Below are positions 22,494-33,003 of a stretch of 64,000 nucleotides of DNA, piece after piece. Below the pieces are notes generated by a model that saw only the letters and a program-made list of their open reading frames with translations, ran no database searches and was not told the DNA's origin. The position numbers and the translations under genes were made by a program. Numbering within the stretch: the stretch's first letter is position 1; each line of letters starts with the position of its first letter. The stretch lies in contig MCFE01000020.1 of the NCBI GenBank assembly GCA_002104905.1, forward strand, positions 1 through 64,000, written 5' to 3'. This DNA comes from Basidiobolus meristosporus CBS 931.73 (Eukaryota; Fungi; Basidiobolomycota).

Positions 22494-24131
22494 ATGTTCA
22501 AGACTACGATTGCCGGAATTTCTATCCTCAGCAAGGTCAAGCCAGCTCAGGCTGAGATCCTCACTGATGATGCTCTTAGATTTGTAGCCACCCTTCACCG
22601 TGCCTTCAACCCCACTCGCTTGGCCCTCCTCAAGCGTCGTGAAGAGCGTCAACGAGAGCTCGACAACGGTGTTCTCCCCGACTTCCTCCCCGAGACCGCA
22701 TACATCCGGAATGACCCCAACTGGAGAGCTGCTCGCCCAGCCCCTGGTCTCGAGGATCGTCGTGTGGAGATCACTGGCCCGGTCGACAGAAAGATGGTCA
22801 TCAACGCCTTGAACTCCGGTGCCAAGACCTTCATGGCCGACTTCGAGGACTCCTCAGCCCCCACCTGGGACACCGTCCTTGATGGTCAGATCAACATGCG
22901 GGATGCCCTTCGTCGCACCATCACCTTCACCGCCCCCAATGGCAAATACTACAAACTCCGCGATGACGGCAAGGTTGCCACCTTGCTCGTGCGGCCACGT
23001 GGATGGCACATGGAGGAGAAGCACTTGCTGATCGATGGCCAGCCTTGCTCGGCCTCCATCTTCGACTTTGCCTTGTACTTCTTCCACAACGCCCGCAAGT
23101 CCATTGAGATCGGAGCCGGGCCCTACTTCTACCTGCCCAAGATGGAGTCCCATCTCGAGGCCAGGCTCTGGAACGATGTGTTCAATGCCGCCCAGGACAC
23201 CCTCAACATCCCCCGCGGAACCATCCGTGGCACCGTGTTGATTGAGACCATCCTCGCCTCCTTCGAGATGGACGAGATCATCTACGAGCTCCGTGACCAC
23301 TCCTCCGGACTCAACTGCGGCCGCTGGGACTACATCTTCTCCTTCATCAAGAAGCTTCGCCAGCACCAAAAGTTCGTCCTGCCTGACCGTTCTGACGTCA
23401 CCATGACCTCACCATTCATGGACGCCTATGTCCGCTTGTTGATCAAGACCTGCCACAAGCGTGGAGTGCACGCCATGGGAGGCATGGCCGCCAACATCCC
23501 CATCAAGAACAACCCGCAGGCCAACGAGGCTGCCATGCAAAAGGTTCGCAATGACAAGCTTCGTGAGGTGAAGGCCGGCCACGATGGTACCTGGGTTGCC
23601 CACCCCGACCTCGTCAAGATCGCCACCGGAATCTTCAACGAGCACATGGCCACCCCCAACCAGATCCACATCCGTCGTGATGATGTCGAGGTCTCTGCCG
23701 CCGACCTTCTCAACAACAACATCGAGGGAGGCAGGATCACCGAGACCGGTATCCGCAACAACATCTCCGTTGGCCTCGCCTACATCGAAGCCTGGCTCCG
23801 TGGTCTGGGATGTGTCCCCATCCACAACCTCATGGAGGATGCCGCCACCGCCGAGATCTCTCGCTCCCAGTTGTGGCAATGGGCCAAGCACCAGGTGAAG
23901 ACCGCCGAAGGCAAGCAAGTCACCCCACAATGGCTCTTGCAGCTGCTGAACGAGGAGACCGACTCGCTGAAGAAGCAACTCGGCAACAAGTATGCCAGCT
24001 ACAAGTACGATCTTGCCAAGAAGTACATGGCTGGACAAGTGTCAGGCAAGAACGAGGACTATGCTGACTTCTTGACCACCTTGATCTACGACGAGATCAC
24101 CACCCTTCCTTCCACCAAATCCAGACTCTAA
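22494..24131 (+). CDS. MLS1: Malate synthase A, peroxisomal (copy 1, C-terminus SRL)
   Basis: 545-aa intronless ORF with [40 protein letters not shown] and [12 protein letters not shown]; PTS1 -SRL. Confidence 0.98.
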   Translation: MFKTTIAGISILSKVKPAQAEILTDDALRFVATLHRAFNPTRLALLKRREERQRELDNGVLPDFLPETAYIRNDPNWRAARPAPGLEDRRVEITGPVDRKMVINALNSGAKTFMADFEDSSAPTWDTVLDGQINMRDALRRTITFTAPNGKYYKLRDDGKVATLLVRPRGWHMEEKHLLIDGQPCSASIFDFALYFFHNARKSIEIGAGPYFYLPKMESHLEARLWNDVFNAAQDTLNIPRGTIRGTVLIETILASFEMDEIIYELRDHSSGLNCGRWDYIFSFIKKLRQHQKFVLPDRSDVTMTSPFMDAYVRLLIKTCHKRGVHAMGGMAANIPIKNNPQANEAAMQKVRNDKLREVKAGHDGTWVAHPDLVKIATGIFNEHMATPNQIHIRRDDVEVSAADLLNNNIEGGRITETGIRNNISVGLAYIEAWLRGLGCVPIHNLMEDAATAEISRSQLWQWAKHQVKTAEGKQVTPQWLLQLLNEETDSLKKQLGNKYASYKYDLAKKYMAGQVSGKNEDYADFLTTLIYDEITTLPSTKSRL

Positions 24132-24447
24132 ATCTCCAGTCCACCAAGATGCACATCGTATATTTCTCAATGTCCCACATACTTCAATTCGCATTCCCAA
24201 GGGGTCACCACCACGAAAAGTAAATAAAACCCACGTCCCAAAAACGGAAATTCCCAAACGGGCCGGAGGTGAATTGAACCGAATTTATTCATGAAGTATC
24301 CAACATTGACACGCCACCCTGGTAAGCTGGGTTTCTCGACTCGATGCGATGTAAAGAAGGTGGGCTTTCATTCCCGTCGATAAAAGTCACGGTTAAAATC
24401 ATATAAATTAAGTATATTACATTTCAAATGAAAAATCGCTGGTTTTG

Positions 24448-27355
24448 TTAATACCGTGGTGGTCTAAAGCCTCCCTTGCTCCCACCTCGTTGGGGTGGGC
24501 GGTCGTACGGGCCGCCTCTACCACGGCCGCTCTGGAAACGAGGCGCTCTATTGTTGTCGTTCATCGGACCACCTCGGCCTCGTGGGTCAAAGCCCCTGGA
24601 GTTGTTCCCAGCATGAGGGGGTGGCGGTGGTGGCGGTGAAGAGTTTTCATTGAACCTTCTCTTCCCATATGGCGGCGCCCCTTGGTCTTGATATCCACCT
24701 CTCATAGGCGGTCCTTGGTCCGGATAGCCATGTGAAGGCCCGGTAGGGTGTCGATTAAGTCGTGGGTCTTGGGGGGGACCATTGTCGTTGTAACCTCTTT
24801 GAGGGCCACCATCATTAAACGATCCTCGAGGGCCTTGTGGGGGTGGAGGCGGTCTTGAGTCGAATCCACCCCGAGGTCCAGAAGGAGGGCGAGCACCATC
24901 AAATTGACCTCGAGGTCCACCCATAGAGCTATTCGACGGAGGACGTGACGAAAAGTCACCAGGTGGACCTTGTCGTGAAGGTGGGAAAGAGGGTTGCCCA
25001 GCTCCGGAGGGAGGTCTTATGCCGGGTGGCATATTATTGGATGACCTATGTTGCGAATGGAATGAGCCTCCATGACCACCCATCTGACCAGGAGGGCCAT
25101 TCGGTCTAAACGGATAATCGTTTGAAGGTGGACCACGATCGTGCATGGGTCCATTGCGAGACTTGGCCATGCCGAAGCCAGGTAAAGGTCCATTTCTATC
25201 ATGAGCATTTCCAAGGCCAGGCGGGGCAAAGTTATCTTTCTTGTTGGCTGAGCCCTGGTAGTTTTTGTTGTGGTTGAGCATGGACAGGCCGGGGACGTGA
25301 CTGTCTGTAAGGGTGGAGTTGATGTTAGTACAAATATGATAAAATTGGGAATCAAGATCACATCAGATAACGAACCTTCTTCCCAATGTTGCTCGCTAGC
25401 ATTAAGGCCATCGGTTTTCTCGTCAGTTTTTTCGGAGGGGTCACCCGGCCTTTCACGGGTCCAAAATTTGGTCGAGTGGTCGTTGGAGCCTGAGGCGATA
25501 ATATGGCCAACTGGATGCCAATCCAATGACCAGATATTTTGCTCATGAGCTCCATCGATATTAGCAACAGCTTGGTCATTTCTTTCAACCAGATGACCAC
25601 GGTTAGTAAACAGCTGCCGATGTAACTCCAATAATAAAACTCACCCTATAAGCCAATATGTGAGTGAACCTTCAGAACCACCAGTAGCCAGTAGCCGTTC
25701 GTGGATTGGGTGCCATGAAAGTGCTTTACTCGAGTTAGTACAAGAACGAGGACTAAATACGGCACAATTTCACTCACAAGAAAGCTCCTCCTTTCCGCTT
25801 CTAAATGTCTGAAGTTCCTTCATCATTCGAATGTCATAGACCTTCATCATTTGATCTCGAGCAACTGTGGCGAGCCAATTTCCGTTCTTGTTCCATTCTA
25901 TACCACTTACGGTGGCCTTGTGACCGTGTCTAGCGCAATATGTTAGTTAGTGGCTTCAGTTGACCGAACAACGTACGGAAAGCTTACAGTGTAGTCAAGT
26001 TTCGCCCGGATTTAGGATCCCACAACTTCACCAGGTTATCTTTCGACCCAGAGGCAAGAAGCGCCTTAGATGGGTGCCAGTCCACGCATTTGACATCCCA
26101 ACCGTGACCTAAAATATTCCATGGATAAGGAAACGTAGCACATTTACCGATAGGGTCACAATTAGGCTGCACCTGTTAAAATTCTTTCCTCTATGCCTTC
26201 GTTGAAATTCCAAATTTTGATGGTTCCATCATCCGAACACGTAGCAAATTTGACATCAGTAGGTGAAAATCTACAAGACAAACTTGAGTCATTAATTCAA
26301 GTGGCGCCGAAGTGACCAACCATTACTGACGCTATGTCACGGATTGCCTCCTTGTGGCCTTGGAATACTTTGAGATTGTTCATATTAGACTGCCAATACT
26401 TGATAACGCCACTGTGATCTGCGGTTACCATCCAATTGTCGTTATGGGTCCACTCCATGGCTCGCACAGCAGTGTCATGAGCCTAACAGAGTACTGATAA
26501 GTAACCAAAAATGTGACTTCAGGAAACCTTGACTAACCTGAAGAATCGTTTCAAAATTGAAAGTCAGCCCGTTCCAAAGGGTAAACTCTCCACTAGTGGA
26601 GCCGGTAATTAAACGTCTACCTTCCGGGGTCCACTGGAAGGGCAAATAATATCAACGACTAATTCATGACCTGAGTCTCGAAAATTGCAGCGCTAGCTTA
26701 CCTTAACAACATTGACTGGGCAACGAATCTTGTTCGTTGAAGTATGCACGAACTTGGTGGCGCCGGAATCCACGGGATTATTTAAGTGAAAAGAAGTGGG
26801 CAATAGCTATTACGTAGCAGACCAGGTATGATTTTACGACCAAGCAGATAGAAGTCCCAAAAAAAACTTTATTATTAGATGGATTGCATATATACAAAAC
26901 GAATCAAGAATTACCGGTGCGTGTGCAACCTGGCAATATCAGAGAAGTCAAAAACTTAGTCAAAACAGGCACTTACGTTTACGATGAAGTTGGGATTGGG
27001 TCTAAGAATAGGCAGATCTCTATGATCTCTAAGAGTTGGACGAAGCTAGCAAAAAATAAAAGCTGTTAGTGATCAACGCAGTCTTATCAATATTCCCATA
27101 CGTGACGAGAGGGACACCATAACGAGGGCAAACAAATAGACAATAATTTTATCCTACCTCTGTTCCCAATGCGATCGAGGAGTTATAGTCGACGGTACGT
27201 CGCTGGATGGCTTTACGTAGACTTTTACCATCAAAAGTCATACGATTTGAATAGCCCATCCCTCCACCACCACCCATACCGCCTCCAGGATTATGACCTC
27301 CTCCTCCGCTTCCGCTGCTACCTCCACCTCTTCCGCCACGATCGTAGGCAGGCAT
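24448..27355 (-). CDS. PFS2: Polyadenylation factor subunit Pfs2/WDR33 (WD40) with Gly/Pro/Arg-rich tail
   Basis: ATG 27355; [71 protein letters not shown] and [31 protein letters not shown]; multiple GT-AG introns. Confidence 0.95.
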
Positions 27356-27793
27356 TTTCAATAAGTCAACTTCGTATGTGCTGTAAAAGGTATTTTGTAG
27401 ATGTATATGTAACTCGTATGACGCGAAAACAAATATTTAAAAAAGAGTCAGTCTAATGAATCATCAGCACATTAAATTCATTCGAAGTGGTGATCTCAAA
27501 TTTTTCTTCAGTGGGCAAAACTGATACGTATACAGTATGTACTGATAGATATATAATCATTTCCTAATACAGCATGTAATGGGTAAAGATCCTTGGTTGT
27601 ATATTTAAGTGAGATTTGAAACCACGTTCAATGCTATTTGAGGAGGGAGGGGTGACCTGGTTCATCCTAATTGGATACCGCCAATAGTTTTAATGTGTTT
27701 ATTAACAAGCAGAGACTGCCGTATTTTTGTGGCGATATTGAATGCTGATGCAGAGTGTCATGTTTACAGGATACTAAATGTTCGGTATAATAC

Positions 27794-29431
27794 TTAGAGT
27801 CTGGGTTTGCTGGAAGGGAGGGTGGTGATCTCGTCGTAGATCAAGGTGGTCAAGAAGTCAGCATAGTCCTCGTTCTTGCCTGACACTTGTCCAGCCATGT
27901 ACTTCTTGGCAAGGTCGTACTTGTAGCTGGCATACTTGTTGCCGAGTTGCTTCTTCAGCGAGTCGGTCTCCTCGTTCAGCAGCTGCAAGAGCCATTGTGG
28001 GGTGACTTGCTTGCCTTCGGCAGTCTTCACCTGGTGCTTGGCCCATTGCCACAACTGGGAGCGAGAGATCTCGGCGGTGGCGGCATCCTCCATGAGGTTG
28101 TGGATGGGGACACATCCCAGACCACGGAGCCAGGCTTCGATGTAGGCGAGGCCAACGGAGATGTTGTTGCGGATACCGGTCTCGGTGATCCTGCCTCCCT
28201 CGATGTTGTTGTTGAGAAGGTCGGCGGCAGAGACCTCGACATCATCACGACGGATGTGGATCTGGTTGGGGGTGGCCATGTGCTCGTTGAAGATTCCGGT
28301 GGCGATCTTGACGAGGTCGGGGTGGGCAACCCAGGTACCATCGTGGCCGGCCTTCACCTCACGAAGCTTGTCGTTGCGAACCTTTTGCATGGCAGCCTCG
28401 TTGGCCTGCGGGTTGTTCTTGATGGGGATGTTGGCGGCCATGCCTCCCATGGCGTGCACTCCACGCTTGTGGCAGGTCTTGATCAACAAGCGGACATAGG
28501 CGTCCATGAATGGTGAGGTCATGGTGACGTCAGAACGGTCAGGCAGGACGAACTTTTGGTGCTGGCGAAGCTTCTTGATGAAGGAGAAGATGTAGTCCCA
28601 GCGGCCGCAGTTGAGTCCGGAGGAGTGGTCACGGAGCTCGTAGATGATCTCGTCCATCTCGAAGGAGGCGAGGATGGTCTCAATCAACACGGTGCCACGG
28701 ATGGTTCCGCGGGGGATGTTGAGGGTGTCCTGGGCGGCATTGAACACATCGTTCCAGAGCCTGGCCTCGAGATGGGACTCCATCTTGGGCAGGTAGAAGT
28801 AGGGCCCGGCTCCGATCTCAATGGACTTGCGGGCGTTGTGGAAGAAGTACAAGGCAAAGTCGAAGATGGAGGCCGAGCAAGGCTGGCCATCGATCAGCAA
28901 GTGCTTCTCCTCCATGTGCCATCCACGTGGCCGCACGAGCAAGGTGGCAACCTTGCCGTCATCGCGGAGTTTGTAGTATTTGCCATTGGGGGCGGTGAAG
29001 GTGATGGTGCGACGAAGGGCATCCCGCATGTTGATCTGACCATCAAGGACGGTGTCCCAGGTGGGGGCTGAGGAGTCCTCGAAGTCGGCCATGAAGGTCT
29101 TGGCACCGGAGTTCAAGGCGTTGATGACCATCTTTCTGTCGACCGGGCCAGTGATCTCCACACGACGATCCTCGAGACCAGGGGCTGGGCGAGCAGCTCT
29201 CCAGTTGGGGTCGTTCCGGATGTATGCGGTCTCGGGGAGGAAGTCGGGGAGAACACCGTTGTCGAGCTCTCGTTGACGCTCTTCACGACGCTTGAGGAGG
29301 GCCAAGCGAGTGGGGTTGAAGGCACGGTGAAGGGTGGCTACAAATCTAAGAGCATCATCAGTGAGGATCTCAGCTTGGGCTGGCTTGACCTTGCTAAGGA
29401 TGGCGACACCTTGAACCGAAGTTTTAGACAT
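27794..29431 (-). CDS. MLS1: Malate synthase A (copy 2, C-terminus PRL)
   Basis: 545-aa ORF whose core is near-identical to copy 1; N-terminus [14 protein letters not shown]; TATTTAA about 56 bp upstream. Confidence 0.98.
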   Translation of the reverse strand: MSKTSVQGVAILSKVKPAQAEILTDDALRFVATLHRAFNPTRLALLKRREERQRELDNGVLPDFLPETAYIRNDPNWRAARPAPGLEDRRVEITGPVDRKMVINALNSGAKTFMADFEDSSAPTWDTVLDGQINMRDALRRTITFTAPNGKYYKLRDDGKVATLLVRPRGWHMEEKHLLIDGQPCSASIFDFALYFFHNARKSIEIGAGPYFYLPKMESHLEARLWNDVFNAAQDTLNIPRGTIRGTVLIETILASFEMDEIIYELRDHSSGLNCGRWDYIFSFIKKLRQHQKFVLPDRSDVTMTSPFMDAYVRLLIKTCHKRGVHAMGGMAANIPIKNNPQANEAAMQKVRNDKLREVKAGHDGTWVAHPDLVKIATGIFNEHMATPNQIHIRRDDVEVSAADLLNNNIEGGRITETGIRNNISVGLAYIEAWLRGLGCVPIHNLMEDAATAEISRSQLWQWAKHQVKTAEGKQVTPQWLLQLLNEETDSLKKQLGNKYASYKYDLAKKYMAGQVSGKNEDYADFLTTLIYDEITTLPSSKPRL

Positions 29432-30025
29432 ATTACTTTAGGAAACGAAGTACGAGAATGGGTAGGAAAAAGTGCTGACGCTAGAATTAAATACATAGCA
29501 GAGTAGGACAAATCGATGCTGCTTCCAATGAAACTGCCACTCACCACACAATATCAAGTTGCCTGTAATAGACATTTGCTGGCATCTAATGTCATATTTC
29601 AAGCACCTTTGCTATGCCAAAAATTGGCCGATTTCTAAATACGACTTGTAGATGAAGATGGTATCGATTGTAGATTGATTTACCTCTTATAAATGGGTAG
29701 CTATCGTCGGGATATTACCGCAGTGTTAGCAGCCGTTTTTGTGGGGTTCGTTGCAATTTATTCAAATACTACAATATACATCTACTGCTTATGTTAGACC
29801 AGATTATCATTACGAATCAATCTGCCTAGGTAGATTAATATACACTTGGTTGCACTCTCAAGGAATTCCTGGTATCTATCAATGAAGAATTGGAATCATG
29901 AAAATACTTGTACTTCGACAATGGTTTAATTAATAATATGCTAGATACATGCGACAGATAATTTTGATTACATTTTGGGTGAGAGGAAATGCAGATATAA
30001 TGCAATAAAGTGATGAAAAAGAAGC

Positions 30026-31663
30026 TTAAAGCTTGGATTTGTTGGAAGGAAGGGTGGTGATCTCGTCGTAGATCAAGGTGGTCAAGAAGTCGGCATAGTC
30101 CTCGTTCTTGCCTGACACCTGTCCAGCCATGTACTTCTTGGCAAGGTCGTACTTGTAGCTGGCATACTTGTTGCCGAGTTGCTTCTTCAGCGAGTCGGTC
30201 TCCTCGTTCAGCAGCTGCAAGAGCCATTGTGGGGTGACTTGCTTGCCTTCGGCGGTCTTCACCTGGTGCTTGGCCCATTGCCACAACTGGGAGCGAGAGA
30301 TCTCGGCGGTGGCGGCATCCTCCATGAGGTTGTGGATGGGGACACATCCCAGACCACGGAGCCAGGCTTCGATGTAGGCGAGGCCAACGGAGATGTTGTT
30401 GCGGATACCGGTCTCGGTGATCCTGCCTCCCTCGATGTTGTTGTTGAGAAGGTCGGCGGCAGAGACCTCGACATCATCACGACGGATGTGGATCTGGTTG
30501 GGGGTGGCCATGTGCTCGTTGAAGATTCCGGTGGCGATCTTGACGAGGTCGGGGTGGGCAACCCAGGTACCATCGTGGCCGGCCTTCACCTCACGAAGCT
30601 TGTCGTTGCGAACCTTTTGCATGGCAGCCTCGTTGGCCTGCGGGTTGTTCTTGATGGGGATGTTGGCGGCCATGCCTCCCATGGCGTGCACTCCACGCTT
30701 GTGGCAGGTCTTGATCAACAAGCGGACATAGGCGTCCATGAATGGTGAGGTCATGGTGACGTCAGAACGGTCAGGCAGGACGAACTTTTGGTGCTGGCGA
30801 AGCTTCTTGATGAAGGAGAAGATGTAGTCCCAGCGGCCGCAGTTGAGTCCGGAGGAGTGGTCACGGAGCTCGTAGATGATCTCGTCCATCTCGAAGGAGG
30901 CGAGGATGGTCTCAATCAACACGGTGCCACGGATGGTTCCGCGGGGGATGTTGAGGGTGTCCTGGGCGGCATTGAACACATCGTTCCAGAGCCTGGCCTC
31001 GAGATGGGACTCCATCTTGGGCAGGTAGAAGTAGGGCCCGGCTCCGATCTCAATGGACTTGCGGGCGTTGTGGAAGAAGTACAAGGCAAAGTCGAAGATG
31101 GAGGCCGAGCAAGGCTGGCCATCGATCAGCAAGTGCTTCTCCTCCATGTGCCATCCACGTGGCCGCACGAGCAAGGTGGCAACCTTGCCGTCATCGCGGA
31201 GTTTGTAGTATTTGCCATTGGGGGCGGTGAAGGTGATGGTGCGACGAAGGGCATCCCGCATGTTGATCTGACCATCAAGGACGGTGTCCCAGGTGGGGGC
31301 TGAGGAGTCCTCGAAGTCGGCCATGAAGGTCTTGGCACCGGAGTTCAAGGCGTTGATGACCATCTTTCTGTCGACCGGGCCAGTGATCTCCACACGACGA
31401 TCCTCGAGACCAGGGGCTGGGCGAGCAGCTCTCCAGTTGGGGTCGTTCCGGATGTATGCAGTCTCGGGGAGGAAGTCGGGGAGAACACCGTTGTCGAGCT
31501 CTCGTTGACGCTCTTCACGACGCTTGAGGAGGGCCAAGCGAGTGGGGTTGAAGGCACGGTGAAGGGTGGCTACAAATCTAAGAGCATCATCAGTGAGGAT
31601 CTCAGCCTGAGCTGGCCTGACCTTGCTTAAGATTGATACACCAGAAACTGCAGTTTTGAACAT
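30026..31663 (-). CDS. MLS1: Malate synthase A (copy 3, C-terminus SKL)
   Basis: ATG at 31663 gives 545 aa ([17 protein letters not shown]); TATAAATA at 31715-31722 on the minus strand. Confidence 0.98.
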   Translation of the reverse strand: MFKTAVSGVSILSKVRPAQAEILTDDALRFVATLHRAFNPTRLALLKRREERQRELDNGVLPDFLPETAYIRNDPNWRAARPAPGLEDRRVEITGPVDRKMVINALNSGAKTFMADFEDSSAPTWDTVLDGQINMRDALRRTITFTAPNGKYYKLRDDGKVATLLVRPRGWHMEEKHLLIDGQPCSASIFDFALYFFHNARKSIEIGAGPYFYLPKMESHLEARLWNDVFNAAQDTLNIPRGTIRGTVLIETILASFEMDEIIYELRDHSSGLNCGRWDYIFSFIKKLRQHQKFVLPDRSDVTMTSPFMDAYVRLLIKTCHKRGVHAMGGMAANIPIKNNPQANEAAMQKVRNDKLREVKAGHDGTWVAHPDLVKIATGIFNEHMATPNQIHIRRDDVEVSAADLLNNNIEGGRITETGIRNNISVGLAYIEAWLRGLGCVPIHNLMEDAATAEISRSQLWQWAKHQVKTAEGKQVTPQWLLQLLNEETDSLKKQLGNKYASYKYDLAKKYMAGQVSGKNEDYADFLTTLIYDEITTLPSNKSKL

Positions 31664-31862
31664 TGTTATGAATCTTCTTTTCGAACCAGAAAGGCTTTCG
31701 CGCACCAGCGACTATATTTATATCAAAATCAATGCGAGCAAAATAAGTACGGAGCTAGCGTCATCATGGTAGGCATTGACATTAGAGGAAGGTTGTATTG
31801 ATTTGTCTCGGCAATTTCGGGTATGACAAGCATTCCTTACCAACCATTGGGAAAATTTCTTG

Positions 31863-32451
31863 GATAATCAAGCGTTGAAATTTGTGACAATATGTATAAC
31901 CGATTATCTTGAAGTGGCGTTGCATGAAATAATGTTTAATGATGGGTAATCGCGGTGTGATATAATTTTTCCCCTCAATCAGACGTTATCCATCGGACGA
32001 CAACGATTATCATACCCAGATTATCGTTAGTGGGTAACTATGAACTAGAACTCAAGAGGTTTGCACTGGTTTGCCTGGAGATGATAATCAGTGTACATTG
32101 TTTAGAGCAGTTAGTCATTCAATATCCTGTAATAATTGTAGCACCCGAGGATTAAGTCATTACCAACTTTACACATTCGGTAAAACTACCAAGTGATTTC
32201 TTATTTACCAGGGCGAAACTGTTTGGGAGCGTTGATTTTTTGGGCGGACTCATCCTGTATTACTCCAAGATTGCTAGTTGCCTATGCATTGGTGGATCAA
32301 CTCCAATTAGTACAAGCCATGAGATGAACCTACATGTTAGATCCGAGGAATGGGAAGTGAGAACTCCAACTTAAATGACAGCGCCACTCCGAAAGAGGCT
32401 CTTCGAGGTTTCTTCCGTTGATATCCCTTAAGCCACCCAAAATAGATTATC
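31863..32451. promoter_or_regulatory. Cluster of six GATAATC/GATTATC motifs in the divergent promoter of malate synthase copies 3 and 4
   Basis: Exact 7-mers at 31863, 31902, 32005, 32019, 32083 and 32445; single copies also at 22272 (upstream of copy 1) and 29802 (upstream of copy 2). Confidence 0.5.
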
Positions 32452-33003
32452 TAGGATAACCCGAAATCGTGTGACAGCCTTACTTGCCGAAGTTCATGTT
32501 GCTGTTTCGTGTCCCTTTCCATATACAGCACACTCAGATCACCATATCATGACCAAGCGGCGGTCAATCGTGTTCTTTGTTACTGTTCCTAACCGTACTC
32601 ATTAGTGGAATTATGCAAATTTGATTATGTCGAACTGATACTATTGCCGATAAATTTCTCACACTTTCCCTTGAATCCGCTCCAATGATATTTCACCAAG
32701 ATTTGCTGCGTAGAGAAATCGAAACATTCTGCTAATTAGTAGAAATTCAATATTCCTGGTTGTGTTTTGCACAGCATTCAGGGTCAGTTGAGGACATCAG
32801 TGCAATGTGTCGTTCGAGTGAATTTGATTGTTAATACATGTGACCGGCCTCAAATGGCTGCTGAAACATTCGGTAGTTGATGTAAATTTGATGGCATGTG
32901 ATATCACCGAAAAAAGAAGTCAAGTTACAAAGGCGCGAGGCAAGATATAAAGGCGACATCTAGCTTCGAGTCACTACATCATTTCATTTTCACAACCAGC
33001 AAT

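Noticed and set aside
22494-24131. Bacterial horizontal origin of the intronless, GC-rich MLS genes
   Set aside because: The protein has fungal-type segments ([45 protein letters not shown]) and a PTS1, and other native genes here (TFIIB, eIF4G) are also intronless. A phylogeny would settle it.
24448-25281. Gly/Pro/Arg-rich repetitive ORF
   Set aside because: It is the low-complexity C-terminal exon of PFS2/WDR33, a known feature of the family, and neither a separate gene nor a repeat array.
31664-31705. 14-aa N-terminal extension of MLS copy 3 ([14 protein letters not shown]) as a possible targeting peptide
   Set aside because: It starts at GTG only about 10 nt downstream of the TATA box, so it is probably upstream of or at the transcription start. 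The ATG at 31663 gives the same 545 aa as the other copies.
22345-32963. Shared 10-mer CGACATCTAG upstream of MLS copies 1 and 4
   Set aside because: Different spacing from the TATA box and absent from copies 2 and 3; compatible with chance.
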